63,144 bases of DNA, filler included, from Octopus bimaculoides (GCF_001194135.2; 4 parts of 4 records of this genome joined end to end with filler, not necessarily neighbours in it); one strand, 5' to 3'; numbered from the whole stretch's first letter, positions 13,808 through 27,646 are shown. The notes: generated from the sequence alone by a model not told the origin. Program-made: numbers and translations.

Positions 13808-14371
13808 CATATATATATGTACTTCCATTTTCTCTAATAGAAGTAAGAGAGAGGAAAGAATTTATATAAATTATCGAAATTAACTGCTTTATGGGACACT
13901 AGGTTGTTATATTCCCCCCAACTATACTAGAGCTTTTATAGTTATCATATCCAACCTTATATGTAAATTACTCTTTGCATGTGCAGCTGTATGCGTATGT
14001 GGGCATGAGTCTGTAGGACAAGCTAAAGAACAGAATTCAACAAATGCTACACGTTCTCTCTCTCTCAGTATATATGGCTGCGCAAAAGGTTTTAGAAGAC
14101 ATGCAAGATACGCTCAGCCCTTCAGAGACGTTAGTAAAAGTAATGCGAAATAGCAACTAAAAGGTGTATAGACATACACACGTATATACGCATACATCCA
14201 TGCACACGCGCTCGCACACAGACGTACACACGTGTGCACGCGCAAACACACACACGCACGCATGCGCATGCGAGCGAACTCACACGCGCATATACCTATG
14301 AATAAGCAAATAGTGTACTTTCCGAAGAATTTCTGCAGAAATACCTACTCTTATCAAAATATATGTGTGTG

Positions 14372-14429
<58 letters not shown>

Positions 14430-15088
14430 TATACATATACATATTTATATCCATATATTCGTATATATTCGAAAGTATACGTGAGTATACTAAATAATAT
14501 TTGTGAGTTTTGCCTTGGGACAACCATTGAAACTAGACATTCTTTGTTGGAAAAATATATGACAATGGACGAATGAATGAATATTGTCCAGAGAAAGTGT
14601 CAAATATGTTCGTACTTTTAATTCCCTATACGTAATGTAGGCTGATTGTATATATTCTTCCAAAATGATTTTACAAACCGCATACGCACGAACTCGTCAA
14701 CTAAAACACATGTAGAGCCTTTTATATAGACATACGTTTATAAATACGCGCACGCACACCACACACTCGGATATGCACACGCACGAATATGTAAGTATAT
14801 ATACGTACATACATACATACATACATATGCCCAATATAATTCTGTGATTCATACGTTGAAGGTATACCTCAGCAGATCATAAAAAAAATATCGAAGTACA
14901 TAAACCCCGCTTGGATTAATGTATAGTCCTTTATATTTCCGAGCTTACAGCAACAGCAATGACTTGAATAGAGATCTGTTGCTAAGTAACATTATTTAAA
15001 GTACTATTGATTAACAATATATTCTAATGGCTACTGATTGCAGTTCGTATATTTACGTACGGCTCACAATTTATTGATATTATCTAGA

Positions 15089-15130
<42 letters not shown>

Positions 15131-15872
15131 GTGTAAGATATATATATATATATGCACCTTTCCAANNNNNNNNNNNNNNNNNNNNNNNNNNNNNNNNNNN
15201 NNNNNNNNNNNNNNNNNNNNNNNNNNNNNNNNNNNNNNNNNNNNNNNNNNNNNNNNNNNNNNNNNNNNNNNNNNNNNNNNNNNNNNNNNNNNNNNNNNNN
15301 NNNNNNNNNNNNNNNNNNNNNNNNNNNNNNNNNNNNNNNNNNNNNNNNNNNNNNNNNNNNNNNNNNNNNNNNNNNNNNNNNNNNNNNNNNNNNNNNNNNN
15401 NNNNNNNNNNNNNNNNNNNNNNNNNNNNNNNNNNNNNNNNNNNNNNNNNNNNNNNNNNNNNNNNNNNNNNNNNNNNNNNNNNNNNNNNNNNNNNNNNNNN
15501 NNNNNNNNNNNNNNNNNNNNNNNNNNNNNNNNNNNNNNNNNNNNNNNNNNNNNNNNNNNNNNNNNNNNNNNNNNNNNNNNNNNNNNNNNNNNNNNNNNNN
15601 NNNNNNNNNNNNNNNNNNNNNNNNNNNNNNNNNNNNNNNNNNNNNNNNNNNNNNNNNNNNNNNNNNNNNNNNNNNNNNNNNNNNNNNNNNNNNNNNNNNN
15701 NNNNNNNNNNNNNNNNNNNNNNNNNNNNNNNNNNNNNNNNNNNNNNNNNNNNNNNNNNNNNNNNNNNNNNNNNNNNNNNNNNNNNNNNNNNNNNNNNNNN
15801 NNNNNNNNNNNNNNNNNNNNNNNNNNNNNNNNNNNNNNNNNNNNNNNNNNNNNNNNNNNNNNNNNNNNNNNN

Positions 15873-16005
15873 TTCCGTCTACCAAATCCATTCACAAGGC
15901 TCTGGTAGACTCAAGGCTATAGTAGAAGACACTTGCCCAAGGTGCCACGCAGTGGGAAAGAACCCGGAACTTTGTGGTTGGTAAGCAAGCTACTTACCAC
16001 ACAAC
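15873..16005 (-). mobile_element. SINE family B (CORE-like), 5' part
   Basis: Reverse complement of gtggtaagtagcttgcttaccaaccac...ccgggttc...ggcaccttgggcaagtgtcttctactatagc. Confidence 0.9.
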
Positions 16006-17258
16006 CTCTCTGCTCTACTTATTTATTATTAATCCAAATCAAATTGAAGAAGAATGTTATCGATAACCTTCAACTGGTATATGACGAATTTCTTCAAGGA
16101 ACACTGGACAAAAAATAATATATTGTCAATACATCGACATCAACAATTATTTGACTGAACGACACGTCTTGACTTAAAAATTACTTGTTAGACATGACTT
16201 GGATCACGTTTGGTCGAAACTTAGGCAAGCTGATTTACGTAAGTTTATACTTGAGCCTCTCCATATCTCTGTGTGTTGTGGGTATGTGGGTACGTTTGTA
16301 TGTGTCGTGTGTGTATGTTTGTTTGAGTCAATTTGTGAACGTGTGTGTATATGTAGGTCTGTGTGGGCGTGCGTGTGTGTGTGTGTGACAACTGCTTCGC
16401 TCTCGTTTTACTTGCATAAATAACAAACACATCTTGAAATACATAACTTATAAAAGGATATCACGCTATACGAAACGATGAGATCTTCACAGTCTCGTAC
16501 ATCTGTATCATTCATGAATATGAAATAAAAGCCGGTGTAAAGAATTGTCACTCAAATATTAAACATGTTTAGTTCTTCAGTACTGCGTCCATCATTTAGA
16601 TCTAAATAGAATGATGAATGTGTGCTAGTGTTAATATTCATTCGCACATAGCAGCAGATGGTTATCTGAATATGTCCCTGCAAACACACAAACGATTCTA
16701 GAAGTCAAGCATGCGATATTTTCCTAAATATATGTGGGAATAGTTATAACGTGTAGCAACATGGCAGGAAGTAGATCATATAAATATAAATGTACACGGA
16801 TACAGATATATGTGAGTGTGTATGAGTGATTATATGCAAGTGCATAATACACACTTGCATACATATACATATTACACACACCCACATACATAAACATTCA
16901 CACACACATACACACGCACAGTTATATATACTTATATAAAATGTGTGTATCTCTTCGCAGACCTATGTGTGTTTTGGTAGTAATCATTCATTATCGAACA
17001 TATTGACACACGTAGACACGTATACATACACACTCACACACACGCACATATATATTGTTTGTTTTATGTTCACTTAATATAAAACTAATTTTACCTTAAT
17101 CTAATAGGTTACTTTATACTTATGTAGCGCACAAGTTTATTATTCATGCCGAAACTTCAAAGTCCCTGTCAATAACCTTCTTATTTAAGAAATATATATA
17201 TATATATATATATANNNNNNNNNNNNNNNNNNNNNNNNNNNNNNNNNNNNNNNNNNNN

Positions 17259-17270
17259 TTAATTAATTAA
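17259..17270. other. Artificial scaffolding spacer TTAATTAATTAA inside 44N+12+44N
   Basis: Exactly 44 N on each side (100 bp total); six-frame stop linker; repeated identically at 41647 and 55712. Confidence 0.95.
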
Positions 17271-17314
17271 NNNNNNNNNNNNNNNNNNNNNNNNNNNNNN
17301 NNNNNNNNNNNNNN

Positions 17315-17377
<63 letters not shown>

Positions 17378-17759
17378 CAGAGAGAGAGATGTGTGTGCGT
17401 GTGAAACAGAAAGAGAGACTTTACCCATATATTACTTTTAGTCTTTGAACTGCGAGGTAAGACTGAATTCCAAAGAGGACACAAAAACGATTTGCCTTGG
17501 TCTCCCTCAATCCTACTTCACCTCCTCTGTACAAAAACATATTAATAAAATTACTTTCTTGTATCAGAATAAAAAGTAAGAATTTTTTTTTCTGAGAGTG
17601 ATGTTGACATCATGGATTATCATGTTTCATATTTAAAAGCAACGTCCTTTCTATCTTTCCAATTTAGATTTCTCTCTCACACAGAAGATTCTATATGCCA
17701 GGGAAAATTCGGCTGTTTAGAACTCAAAACAGTAAGTTTTCAAAAATAAATAGATAATT

Positions 17760-17956
17760 CTTCCTACTATAGGCACAAGGCCTAAAATGTGTGGGGAGGA
17801 GACAAGTCGGTTATTTGGTTAGTACTTGATTTTATCGACTCCAAAACGGAGAAAGCAAAGTTGACCTCTGCGACATTTGAACTCAGAACTTAAAGCGAGA
17901 AAAATTTCTTTTAAGCATTGTAACCAACGGGCTACGGTTCTGCCAGTTCGCTGCCT
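17760..17956 (-). mobile_element. SINE family A, near full length, diverged
   Basis: Reverse complement of family A head, body and ...ggccttgtgcctatagtagg tail. Confidence 0.8.
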
Positions 17957-18103
17957 ATAACATAAATAAATAAATAATGCATAAATAAATGAATGAAAAT
18001 AAAATATATAAAAAGAATGAAAATAATTTTGCCGCATTCACAAAATCTTACGGAACATGTTACTGCCTCTTCGCATTATATCCTAGTAATAACACTGGAC
18101 AGT

Positions 18104-18456
18104 GGAGGCGCAATGGCCCAGTGGTTAGGGCAGCGGACTCACGGTAGTAGAATCGCGGTTTCGATTCCCAAACCAGGCGTTGTGAGTGTTTATTGAGCGA
18201 AAACACCTAAAGCTCCAAGAGGCTCCGGCAGGGGGTGATGGCGAACCTTCCTGTAATCTTTCACCACAACTTTCTCTCACTCTATCTTCCTGTGTCTGCT
18301 GTACCTGTATTTCAAAGGGTCAGCCTTGTCACACTCTGTGTCATGCTGATTCTCCCTGAAAACTACATTAAGCGTACACGTGTCTGTGGAGTGCTCAACC
18401 ACTTGCGTGTTAATTCCACGAGCAGGCTGTTCCGTTGATCGGATCAACTGGAACCC
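18104..18456 (+). mobile_element. SINE family C (tRNA-derived head ggaggcgcaatggcccagtgg)
   Basis: Pol III A box tggcccagtgg and B box ggtttcgattcc; homologous to 31390-31767 and 46491-46865. Confidence 0.92.
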
Positions 18457-19114
18457 TCTTGAGAAGTAAAATAAGAACACTAACGATGAAATATCCTCCA
18501 ACCAACTGCATTCGAAATGTTGCCATGATACTAAAAGTGGCTTACAATAAATATCTGAAGAGATACAGTTCAGATTGTGGAAAACAAGATGTATTGTCTT
18601 CTGACAGCCAAAATCTAGAACTTAATTCTTGTACGGTTCAACAATACAAGTAATACTTCTCAAGGATTCGTTTTGTCCCCCTACCACGCCTAAGTGTTAG
18701 ATCTGATTGATTTTGTAGCGAAGTTTCGGAAATCGCTTTAAAACCATGTTATCATTTTACATTTTCTTTTTTAAATTATTGTTGTATTTCGGGACGGTCA
18801 TTTTTTTCCTTTTTTGTCAAATAAACACACGCACTATATATTTGTTCTTCCCTCGTTTATTATTGTTCTTATTTTATCTTATGTCCATTGTCCGGAAATC
18901 TTTCGTCACACATCTGTGACCTCTTGAGCGACACTTTTCGTTTTCGTGTGTGCTCTTGCTCCACTTCCTCCATTCTGCTCTTCTATGATATTGTTTTTCC
19001 AAATTTCTTTCGTGAACGACTACGACATTTATTTTCTTAATGTGTAATAAGTAAAATATCTGCAACAGGCTCTAGAAGACACTTATGTTGTCATTATAAT
19101 TTTCTAACTTATTC

Positions 19115-19495
19115 GGCGGCAGAATCGTTAGCACACCGGACAAAATGCTTCGCAGCATTTCTTTCGGCTTTACGTTTTAAGCTTAAATGCCACCGCGGCC
19201 AACTTTGCCTTTCGGGGTTTATAAAATAACAAATACCTACTTAAAGATTGGGGCTGATGAAATCGACTGGACCCCTCTCTCAAAATTTCAGTCCTTATAC
19301 CTACAGTAGAAAGGATTGTTATTTAACAACATATATAAAGCTGCGATTTGGTAGAATCGTTAAAACGATTTTGTCAAAGGTGACTTCGCTCCTCAGTTTT
19401 TTCAGAGTCGATAAAATAAGTACCAGTTGAGCACTGCAGTCCAAATAATCGACTTAACCCTCTCTTAAAACTACTGGTTATGCACCAAAATTTTG
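19115..19495 (+). mobile_element. Two adjacent diverged SINE family A copies
   Basis: ggcagaatcgttagcac...actttgcctttcgggg... followed by a second decayed copy with gtcgataaaataagtaccagttgagcactg. Confidence 0.7.
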
Positions 19496-19510
19496 AAGGA
19501 GTTATTTATG

Positions 19511-19629
19511 AACCACATGGTTCCAGGTTCAGTCCCACTGCGTGGTTTCTATTATAGTTGCAGATCAACCAAAACTTTGTGAGTAGATTTGGTCGACTGA
19601 AACTGAAAGAAGCCTATCGTAAACGCACA

Positions 19630-19695
<66 letters not shown>

Positions 19696-19952
19696 GAGGT
19701 GTGTGTGTGTATGTGTATGCGTGTGTGTATGTATGTGTGTGCACGTGTTTGTGTTTGTTCCACACTTCGGCTTGACAACCGGTGTTTGTGTGTTTACGTC
19801 GTCGTAACTTGGCGATTCGGCAAAAGAGACTAATATAATAAGTACCAGGCTTTAAAAGAAAAAAAAAAGCTGCGGTCCATTCGTTCGACTAAAACTCTTT
19901 GAGGTCGTGCTCCAGCATGGAGGCAGTTTAAAGCCTGAAACAAGTAAAAGAC
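19511..19952 (+). mobile_element. SINE family B with internal (TC)n/(TG)n microsatellite
   Basis: aaccacatggttccaggttcagtcccactgcgtgg ... ctccagcatgg...gaaacaagtaaaag. Confidence 0.88.
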
Positions 19953-20096
19953 AAGAGGTAAAAAGAAACATACAGTATACACCTGCTTGCTTCGAATAAA
20001 TGATTCAAGTCACGAAGAGGCTAGTTTTATCTCTATGCTTCCGTCCAGACAAATCACAACGATATAGCCTGGGCACTCAGCTGAGTACTAACATAC

Positions 20097-20229
20097 TCGG
20101 AGTATATCTGGTTCTTTAAATTTACTAGCTTGTGTTTCATGTAATTTGTCTTGGGTGTTTGATGTTCTAAACGTGCCTAGCACAATGATAACATTGTAAC
20201 ATTCAGGTAAACATTCTGTCACCTCACTA
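20097..20229 (-). CDS. Candidate internal exon (133 nt), unknown protein
   Basis: Minus strand ttcttctttaaacag|T...CTCCGA|gtatgt; open as SEVTECLPECYNVIIVLGTFRTSNTQDKLHETQASKFKEPDILR, phase 2-0. Confidence 0.28.
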
Positions 20230-20779
20230 CTGTTTAAAGAAGAAACCGCACTGTCTTTCAGTTGGCACGGAGCGGAAGCAACTCGTTATGTTGTCAAATA
20301 ACTTAGTATCTTTCTCTTTCTGACATCAAATTCACAAAAAAAAAATTCTTAGACCTTACAGTTCAACTTTATTAAATGCTGAAAACCAGATAACCAGTTC
20401 TGAAGTTGTACATTTATTATCATAACGATATAGAGTTGTTTAACGAGGGCAGCACTGAATGACATGATTTATTTCTTGGTTTTACTTTTAAAGCTTGGTG
20501 TCGGAAGCAGTGCTTAGTCATTACGCTATAATTTAGGCTGACGCTATTCGCAAAATTCTCATCAAGTCAGGAGTACTTTCTAGAACTTCTTAAATACGAT
20601 TGGAGAAATAGATAGGTCATTTATGCTAATGCTGTTAGTCTGTGTGACTATGGAATAAAATGACTCATCATGAAAAATACACAAACGCATACGTATGCAT
20701 GTATGTGTACACATATTTATGCATATACATACACACACGTATACATATATGTATGTCTGTATATATGTATGTATGTGCG

Positions 20780-20814
<35 letters not shown>

Positions 20815-20817
20815 GCA

Positions 20818-21060
20818 TACGAGGTGGTGGTGGGCCGAAAAGTTCCTTTCTTTGGGTAAAAGAAAATACAGGAAAAACGGTTAATTATGATTTTATTCAA
20901 CATATTCTCCTCTCAGATTTGCAGACTTATTGCAGTTGTCCTTCAGTTTTTCTAAGCCCTGTAAAAAAACAAAAAACAAAAAAAAACTCTGAGGGTTGGG
21001 ATTCCAACCAAGTCTTTCGCTTTCCCCTTAAAAGCCGGAACTTTTCAGCACTCCCTCGTA
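20818..21060 (-). mobile_element. Internally deleted mariner (MITE-like), 243 bp, both TIRs present
   Basis: Left TAcgaggtggtggtgggccgaaaagttcc and right ggaacttttcagcactccctcgTA are imperfect inverted repeats with TA ends. The interior encodes the mariner C-terminus QGLEKLKDNCNKSANLRGEYVE* on the minus strand. Confidence 0.85.
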
Positions 21061-21065
21061 CATGC

Positions 21066-21102
<37 letters not shown>

Positions 21103-21407
21103 TATACTGTTACTCACAAACACACGCATGTACATGTATATATATATAGTTATGAGCGATAGTGGTGTCAATTAGACCCAGAGGTTTCAGGTAATGCTGA
21201 GTAAGTGCTATGAAGAGACCATAGTTAAGCTCCAGGTTCGGTGATTATGCGAATAAGGGGTCCAACGTAGGTGATATATCAGCGTGTGAATATAAGGATT
21301 TACTTTTCGTAATGAGATAAAAAAACCAAGGCTGTGTACATTATAGAACATTTATAAATAGCAGGTGTACACAGTCTTAGTTTTTTATCTCATTATGAAA
21401 AGTAAAT

Positions 21408-21483
<76 letters not shown>

Positions 21484-21727
21484 ATATATGTATATATGTG
21501 TGTGTGTATAGATACATTTGTGTGTGCCTGTGAATCATAGTTCATGTGTACTGAGGCTATTACTGCATGTACGTATGGATTGTATGAGCTGTAACATATA
21601 CTTATATAACCATGTCCTATTATGTACATATACATATGAATAAGTGTATGCAAATACATCTATGTATGTATATACATAAGCTTGTGTGTAGTCAGGCAGG
21701 ATTATGCGTCGAAATATTTGTCTTTAT

Positions 21728-21789
<62 letters not shown>

Positions 21790-22369
21790 TCATGTGTGTA
21801 TGTATGATTTTGAGATTCATTCACACATGTCAAGTCGGTCACTAACAAAGCAACAAGGTTTTATTGTTTGAATCAAGAGTGTTCCAGCCAAACGTGAATA
21901 TGAAAATATGTTAATGTGTGCATATAAATACATGGATATATATATGAGGATATATTTACACTCATATAATAGAAGTAAAAAGCTCTTTAGTTAACTGAGT
22001 CGTGATTGTACATTGTAAATGTACGTACGCATGTATGCATGTCATTGTTCAGTTTTATTTCAAGCTTTCTTGCCTGTAGAGAAAGAGCCGGTTTCTAACT
22101 CAGATCCAAGGCTCTTCCATTGGAATTTCAACATCAACAACAGGATATTTTTGTATGTATGTATGTATGTATGTATGTTTGTTTGTATGTTTGTTTGTAT
22201 TTGTTTATGTATGAATGTATGCATGCATGTATGTATGTGTGTGTGTGTGTGTGTGTGCGTGTGTATGTATGTATGTATGTATATATGTATGCATGTATGT
22301 ATGTACGTACGTATGTATACATGTATGAATGTACTTATGTATGCATGTATGTACATATGCAGAAACACT

Positions 22370-22710
22370 CTGGCTGGTGTCCGTGGGTGCAGTAAGCCCA
22401 CTAGGAATGAGGGACCCATAGTCTTTGTCAAGGCATTCTACGAGAAGGCTAACTCGTGTATAATACCCGCTGCTCTACTGAACCGGACATCTTGCACTTT
22501 ACTTTTCTCTGGGCTGCTCGATATTGCTAGTGAAAGTCGCTGTGGCGTTGTTCAAGCTGTTGTTGTTTGTTCCTTCTCAAGCCATGCCTGGCTCATAAGG
22601 GTCAATTTCCCGTATGGATTCCTCACCTTAATGGGAAGCAGATTTTCCACACACCTGAAGAACTTTGTACAGATGTGTCTCCTAATCCCTCAATCGTCTA
22701 AGTGACAAGA
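22370..22710 (-). mobile_element. Probable retroelement fragment, unclassified
   Basis: GC-richer block between (TATG)n tracts containing a (CAA)n-like tail on the minus strand; no diagnostic protein motif read. Confidence 0.3.
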
Positions 22711-23521
22711 GAGTCCACCATGAGCAATTTACATATATGAATATATATGTATGTGTGTTTAGTTTCAGTCCATAAATGACAGGGGTGGAAGTGTTGTGTT
22801 TGTACCGGATTGCTGTTTCTATATTGGAATGTTCCACCATTATGTGATTTTTTGTTAAAGGTGTGGATACTTTCTGGTCCTTGGTGTATAATTCGCTTCA
22901 CATATCCTTCCATACCTTTTGATCGATCCAGGCGTTGAAAGTGAAACTAGGTAGGGTTATGTATTCGTATGTATGCATATATGTATGTATCTATGTATGC
23001 ATGTATGGTCTCTTTTATCTTTAATTATTCGAAACCTTCCCGTAAAGAAGGAGCTGGTTTTTAACAAAGATACAATACTCCATCGTTAGAATGTAGCTAA
23101 CAAAATCAATCCCAAGTGTTGAGCTTGGGAAAACTTTTGCATATATTTACTATTCGGTTTACAGATTGTACTATACTGTGGGCTCATTTCTTTGTCCTCG
23201 GGATTATCCTTCCGACGGATTTCGTTATAGTATGTCCTAGCTGACACATCATGCCTCATCGGTAGATAATACCGAGATGGCGTTTTCAGATAACTGAGAT
23301 CTTCGGTGTTAACTCCACAAAGTCTGCATCGTTTGTCACATTTACTGCTTTTCCTGCATCTGTATTGTGCATCTCTGCATATCTTTTGTGCATCAGCTAT
23401 TTGGTTTGATATTTTCTGTTCCTGGATTGCAAACGCATACTCTTCAAAGTGGGAGGCAGTAATCCGGCTATTGGTCCATGATCAATGTTACTATTATGTA
23501 TGTATGTATGTATGTATGTAT

Positions 23522-23680
23522 GTAGGGAGAATTCATTCACAAAAAACAACAGACGAAGACAGGTGGTGTAAAAAACAAATAGATGTATTAGTATAACGCT
23601 CGGGAATTGAAAAGTCTTTAACGTTTCGAGCCTATGCTCTTCCACAGAAAGGAACACAGAAAGAAACAAGGAGAGAAAAA
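23522..23680 (-). mobile_element. Penelope-like terminal-repeat-type element carrying a hammerhead-like motif
   Basis: Minus strand cttt-CTGTGGA-A-gagc-atag-gctc-GAAA-CGTT-aaag. A second partial copy (gggagaat...aacaacagacgargacaggtggtgtaaa) lies at 26468-26530. Confidence 0.55.
23616..23651 (-). ncRNA. Minimal type I hammerhead-ribozyme-like motif with non-canonical core (CUGUGGA)
   Basis: 4 bp stem I, 4 bp stem II, GAAA plus palindromic ACGU stem III, GUU site. A6 is replaced by U, so activity is doubtful. Confidence 0.45.
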
Positions 23681-24013
23681 AAGGGATATATATATATATA
23701 TATTTACAATATGCATGGGTGGAAGCGTAGATAAACGGGTGCAAGATTAAATTAGAAGTGTGAACGAATGGATGGAAAGTCGAGCAAATAAACTGACTGA
23801 TTGACCCGTGTACATATATTGCTAATTAGGGATATAGATAAATATATATGTATATATATATATATATACACGGAAGCAGATGGACACATATGTACACGTG
23901 TAGAAGTCCTGGAAAACAGAACATAAATAAATAACTTGATATATGTGTATAGAAATAGACAGACAGACAAGTAGAATGATAGATGGAAGAAGATAGAGAG
24001 AAAGATAGGGAGT

Positions 24014-24075
<62 letters not shown>

Positions 24076-24495
24076 GAAAGAGGAGAGAGAACAAGAACGA
24101 AAACAAGATAGGGTGGTAGGATATTAAAGGGAAAAATAATAGAAAAAGAGATAGACAAGGAGTTACAAGAAATGACGTACAGGACCCAGATGAAAGGAAA
24201 ACATTTCAATGCAGAAATAGGGATCATGCTAAGTCGATTAACGCCTACATTTCTTTACAAAAGGAAGGGAACATTTACATGACCCAGATTTATTTGTTTT
24301 TATAGGGCAATTGTCTATAAAATACAACAACTGCCCCACGGACAAATTCACATATGTCTTGGGTATATCATTTAAATATTTGTCTTGTGACTTGTCTGGA
24401 TGCAATAATGGTGATAAGGCTGATGATGATAATGACTATAAAGATAATGCTGCTGATGATGGTGATGTGATGATGATGATGGTGATGATGATGAT

Positions 24496-24549
<54 letters not shown>

Positions 24550-24664
24550 GAAAATAATTTCTTTGTTGAACACAAGGGCCAAAACCCCTCAAATATTGAG
24601 GATAATACAAAGACAAAAGACAACAATGGTTTGTGGTTTAGAAGGTCAAAAATTTAAGGAAACG

Positions 24665-24960
24665 AGTTAGACGATTAAATCGACCTCAGTACTTGACTGG
24701 TACTTTGGTTAATTCCAGAAGGACGAAAGGCAAAGGCGACCTCGGTAGAAATTGAACTCAAAATGTAAAGAGCCGGAAGAAATGCTTCTAGGCATTTTGT
24801 CCGGCCCGGTAATGATTCTATCAGTAATAATAACTATAATAATCCGTTTTCCTATAGGCAAAAATGCCTGAAATTGGGTGGGTAGGGGGATGGGGTTTGT
24901 CAGTTACATCGACTCCAGTGCATAACTGGTACTTATATCCTTGACCCCGAAAGGATGACA
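24665..24960 (-). mobile_element. Two diverged SINE family A fragments
   Basis: atcgacctcagtacttgactggtact...ggcaaaggcgacctcgg and atcgactccagtgcataactggtactt...gaccccgaaaggatga. Confidence 0.75.
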
Positions 24961-25403
24961 GGTGCGTTGTGCTCTGGTGTAATAAACTTCATTTCTCGTT
25001 GCTCCAATCAACTCAGCTGTAAATGAATTCAGCAATAGTAGGAAAGTTAACTCTGCGACAGACGGCTTCCCGTTCAGGGGAGAGGGCTGTTGTACTTTCA
25101 GTCACTCATCCTCCACGGTAACCAGATTAAACTCTGGCTTAATCAATCCTGATAACTTTAAATCTATGTGTGTACAAGTAATTGAATAAATATGTAAATA
25201 AATGAAAACAGGATAACAAAAACAGCCTCCGGTTTATCATTTTCCCTTGCAAAGTCAAAACTGACGCAATCATCAACTGCAAATAACTCCGTGAAAAACG
25301 TATCTCTTTTTTTTTTATTTTTGCCAGGCGTAAAACAAAATTATTACATTAATAAATAGAAACCGTGTCTCATTCTCATATTCTCATATACGCTTACACA
25401 CAC

Positions 25404-25465
<62 letters not shown>

Positions 25466-26699
25466 NNNNNNNNNNNNNNNNNNNNNNNNNNNNNNNNNNN
25501 NNNNNNNNNNNNNNNNNNNNNNNNNNNNNNNNNNNNNNNNNNNNNNNNNNNNNNNNNNNNNNNNNNNNNNNNNNNNNNNNNNNNNNNNNNNNNNNNNNNN
25601 NNNNNNNNNNNNNNNNNNNNNNNNNNNNNNNNNNNNNNNNNNNNNNNNNNNNNNNNNNNNNNNNNNNNNNNNNNNNNNNNNNNNNNNNNNNNNNNNNNNN
25701 NNNNNNNNNNNNNNNNNNNNNNNNNNNNNNNNNNNNNNNNNNNNNNNNNNNNNNNNNNNNNNNNNNNNNNNNNNNNNNNNNNNNNNNNNNNNNNNNNNNN
25801 NNNNNNNNNNNNNNNNNNNNNNNNNNNNNNNNNNNNNNNNNNNNNNNNNNNNNNNNNNNNNNNNNNNNNNNNNNNNNNNNNNNNNNNNNNNNNNNNNNNN
25901 NNNNNNNNNNNNNNNNNNNNNNNNNNNNNNNNNNNNNNNNNNNNNNNNNNNNNNNNNNNNNNNNNNNNNNNNNNNNNNNNNNNNNNNNNNNNNNNNNNNN
26001 NNNNNNNNNNNNNNNNNNNNNNNNNNNNNNNNNNNNNNNNNNNNNNNNNNNNNNNNNNNNNNNNNNNNNNNNNNNNNNNNNNNNNNNNNNNNNNNNNNNN
26101 NNNNNNNNNNNNNNNNNNNNNNNNNNNNNNNNNNNNNNNNNNNNNNNNNNNNNNNNNNNNNNNNNNNNNNNNNNNNNNNNNNNNNNNNNNNNNNNNNNNN
26201 NNNNNNNNNNNNNNNNNNNNNNNNNNNNNNNNNNNNNNNNNNNNNNNNNNNNNNNNNNNNNNNNNNNNNNNNNNNNNNNNNNNNNNNNNNNNNNNNNNNN
26301 NNNNNNNNNNNNNNNNNNNNNNNNNNNNNNNNNNNNNNNNNNNNNNNNNNNNNNNNNNNNNNNNNNNNNNNNNNNNNNNNNNNNNNNNNNNNNNNNNNNN
26401 NNNNNNNNNNNNNNNNNNNNNNNNNNNNNNNNNNNNNNNNNNTATATATATATATATATATATATATATGGGAGAATATACAAATAATAACAACAGACGA
26501 GGACAGGTGGTGTAAATAACAAAAGTATATATTTATCAACCCCTTACAACATAGACACACGCATGCTCAAACACACGCACACGCACGCACATATATGTAT
26601 TCTTTAATTCTTTAAATTGCTCCACCTTCAAAGCTGCGGTTATGCTGGGGCATAACCGTTAGTATCTATGTATGTGTGTCTTTGCCTCCATGGTCGTAC

Positions 26700-26870
26700 T
26701 CCACCACCGCTTCACAACCAGCGCTGGTGCGTTTACGTCTCCGTAACTTACGAGGGGCATGAAAAAAAAAATTAAGTGCTGGGGGCGACTCATTCGACCA
26801 ACAATTCGTCAAGGTGGTACTCCAGCATGGCCGCAGTCTAATGACTAAAACAAGTAAAAGATAAAAGATA
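26700..26870 (+). mobile_element. SINE family B, 3' part
   Basis: gtttacgtctccgtaactt...ggtggtactccagcatggccgcagtctaatgactaaaacaagtaaaag. Confidence 0.8.
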
Positions 26871-27331
26871 GAATAATAAAAGTTCTCGATCTGTCTGTTT
26901 GCCTATCTGCCTCTTCCCTCCCTCTGTCTTTCCCGCGCGTACACATATGTACGTACATACATTATGCATATATATATGTACATACGTACACACATATATA
27001 TAACTAGCAGAAAAACTACCCCGTGTTTCTTCTAGTGTAAACAATTTAGTAACGGCAAGGAATGTTTATAATGAATTTGTAGAGAAAGATTAGTGAGCTA
27101 GCAACAGATTTTATAGTGAGCCAGGAAGAAATTTCATAGCGAGCTATTTTGCAAACAGGGCGAATGACCGCGCGTATATCGTTATGATTCGGTGTGTCTT
27201 AGGTTGATGTTTTATTATTGTATTGTTGTTGGAACAATATTTTGTACTAGATTGAGCAAACGTATGATGAAAGGACTTCCAAGAGAAAACCGTTGTCTTT
27301 GTTTAAAAAATAGTATACCTTGAACCACACG

Positions 27332-27646
<315 letters not shown>

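Noticed and set aside
18104-18180. tRNA-like sequence (also at 46491, 31767 and SINE B/D heads)
   Set aside because: A and B boxes continue directly into SINE bodies and there is no proper acceptor stem; these are SINE heads, not tRNA genes.
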